Position numbers and translations under genes: made by a program
Notes under the pieces: model-generated
What the model saw: only the letters and a program-made list of their open reading frames with translations
What the model was told of the DNA's origin: nothing
Database searches by the model: none
Shown: positions 62,830-64,000 of the stretch, piece by piece
Layout of the letters: each line of letters begins with the position of its first letter
Numbering within the stretch: position 1 is the first letter of the stretch
Source: Saccostrea cucullata
Lineage: Eukaryota
Length of the DNA: 64,000 nt
Direction of reading: 5' to 3'
NCBI RefSeq assembly: GCF_032062105.1
Contig: NW_026932328.1
Span: 372,001 to 436,000, forward strand

Positions 62830-64000
62830 AAAGGGATGATTTTACCCTATTTTGAGGGTATCCAGAGTAGTTCATTCAATCAGGGACTTTTTCTCTCTAT
62901 CCTGGACTCTTCAGGCATTAGTTGATATTAGTCTGTATACCTCAAGCTACTCAATACCGGTATATTTATGTGTATGAGTTCGTTTATTTGTATTCTTAAT
63001 ATATTGCTTGAATGTCAGATGTTAAGGATGTATGAAAAAAAATTATATGATTTTGGTTTTTTTTATGTTTTATAACTTAATAAAACTAATAAAGCAACTT
63101 GAAGATGAGTTTGGTTTTTTTTTATATAAGGAGAATATGTGTTGCCCTGAAAATGATGGAAATCAGTTTTGTAAAACATGGGAAGTCTTCAAACTATTTA
63201 TTGGTAGATGTATATGTATGCCATGACTTGGATTTTATCACTCATTTGTTTTCTCATAGCAGTATGAAATGTTAATTATAGGTATAACCGATGATGATTT
63301 TAATGATGAAAAAAGAATAGGTTTATAAACTTATGTTATTTCTTTAGAAAGAAAAAATACTTACAAATGGAAGCCAGCTCTATGACTTGTTGAAGCCAAA
63401 TTACATCATTGCAATCTCACAATGTTGCACATTTCCTAATACAAAATAAAATGCCTGAGTGACATAAAATACATGTATATATATATGTATTCTTACTATA
63501 TATAATTATATGATATTGCTCATCATGTATATATCATTTGCTCAATACATGCAGAAAACGTTAACAGCAATTTACAATTAAGTCATGTTTATTTAATTAA
63601 GATAAGTACGTTTAACTGCATAGATTTTATTGTCATTCAGAGTTTCACAATAATAGAATTTAAGGTGACAAAATATGTACAGATTAACAAGGATTGTTAC
63701 AGAAGGGTGGAAATTTGAACATCATAGAAAGGTTACTATGTATAAAACATGTTTAGTCTTATAATCAAAATATACCGGGTATTTTTAGATCAGCTTTATG
63801 TGTATGACCTCGGGTGTTTTTTACCTTCCATGAAATGAATTTGCTTTGAAGTTATGCTAACAACAGGTCAAGTTGCACATAGTGACTCTTACTAAAAGCA
63901 ACAACCCATTAAAGAGTATGATTAATTGTGCTTATTTAAAGGCCTGGTCGAAGAAAAATGATTCAACAAAGTTAAGAATTTTAGAACTCTTGACCTTGGC

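Overview
AT-rich, intron-containing animal genomic DNA. The repeat families suggest a bivalve mollusc, probably an oyster (inference). Genes were reconstructed by hand from splice sites and reading frames. (1) The 5' half of GABPA (ETS factor, - strand) lies head-to-head with ATP5PF/ATP5J (ATP synthase F6, + strand) across an ETS-motif-rich promoter at ~4.5-4.8 kb, the same pairing seen in mammals. (2) PIH1D2 (-). (3) A single-coding-exon NHL/beta-propeller ORF (+). (4) Two leaderless beta-trefoil-like paralogs (+) flank a 717-aa type I receptor (-) with 5 Ig domains, one FN3 domain and a tyrosine-motif-rich tail; its TM-to-tail intron holds a 7.7 kb foldback transposon. (5) A 135-aa LEA-like hydrophilic protein gene (+) is preceded by duplicated promoter modules and a heat-shock-element cluster. 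Mobile elements include a miniature LTR element with tRNA-like LTRs, two CAG-ended DNA elements with 6-bp TSDs, tiny palindromic elements with 8-10 bp TSDs, Helentron-type elements with tandem arrays, tRNA-derived SINEs and Penelope-like RT relics. No database searches were run; all identities come from recognising motifs in the sequence.
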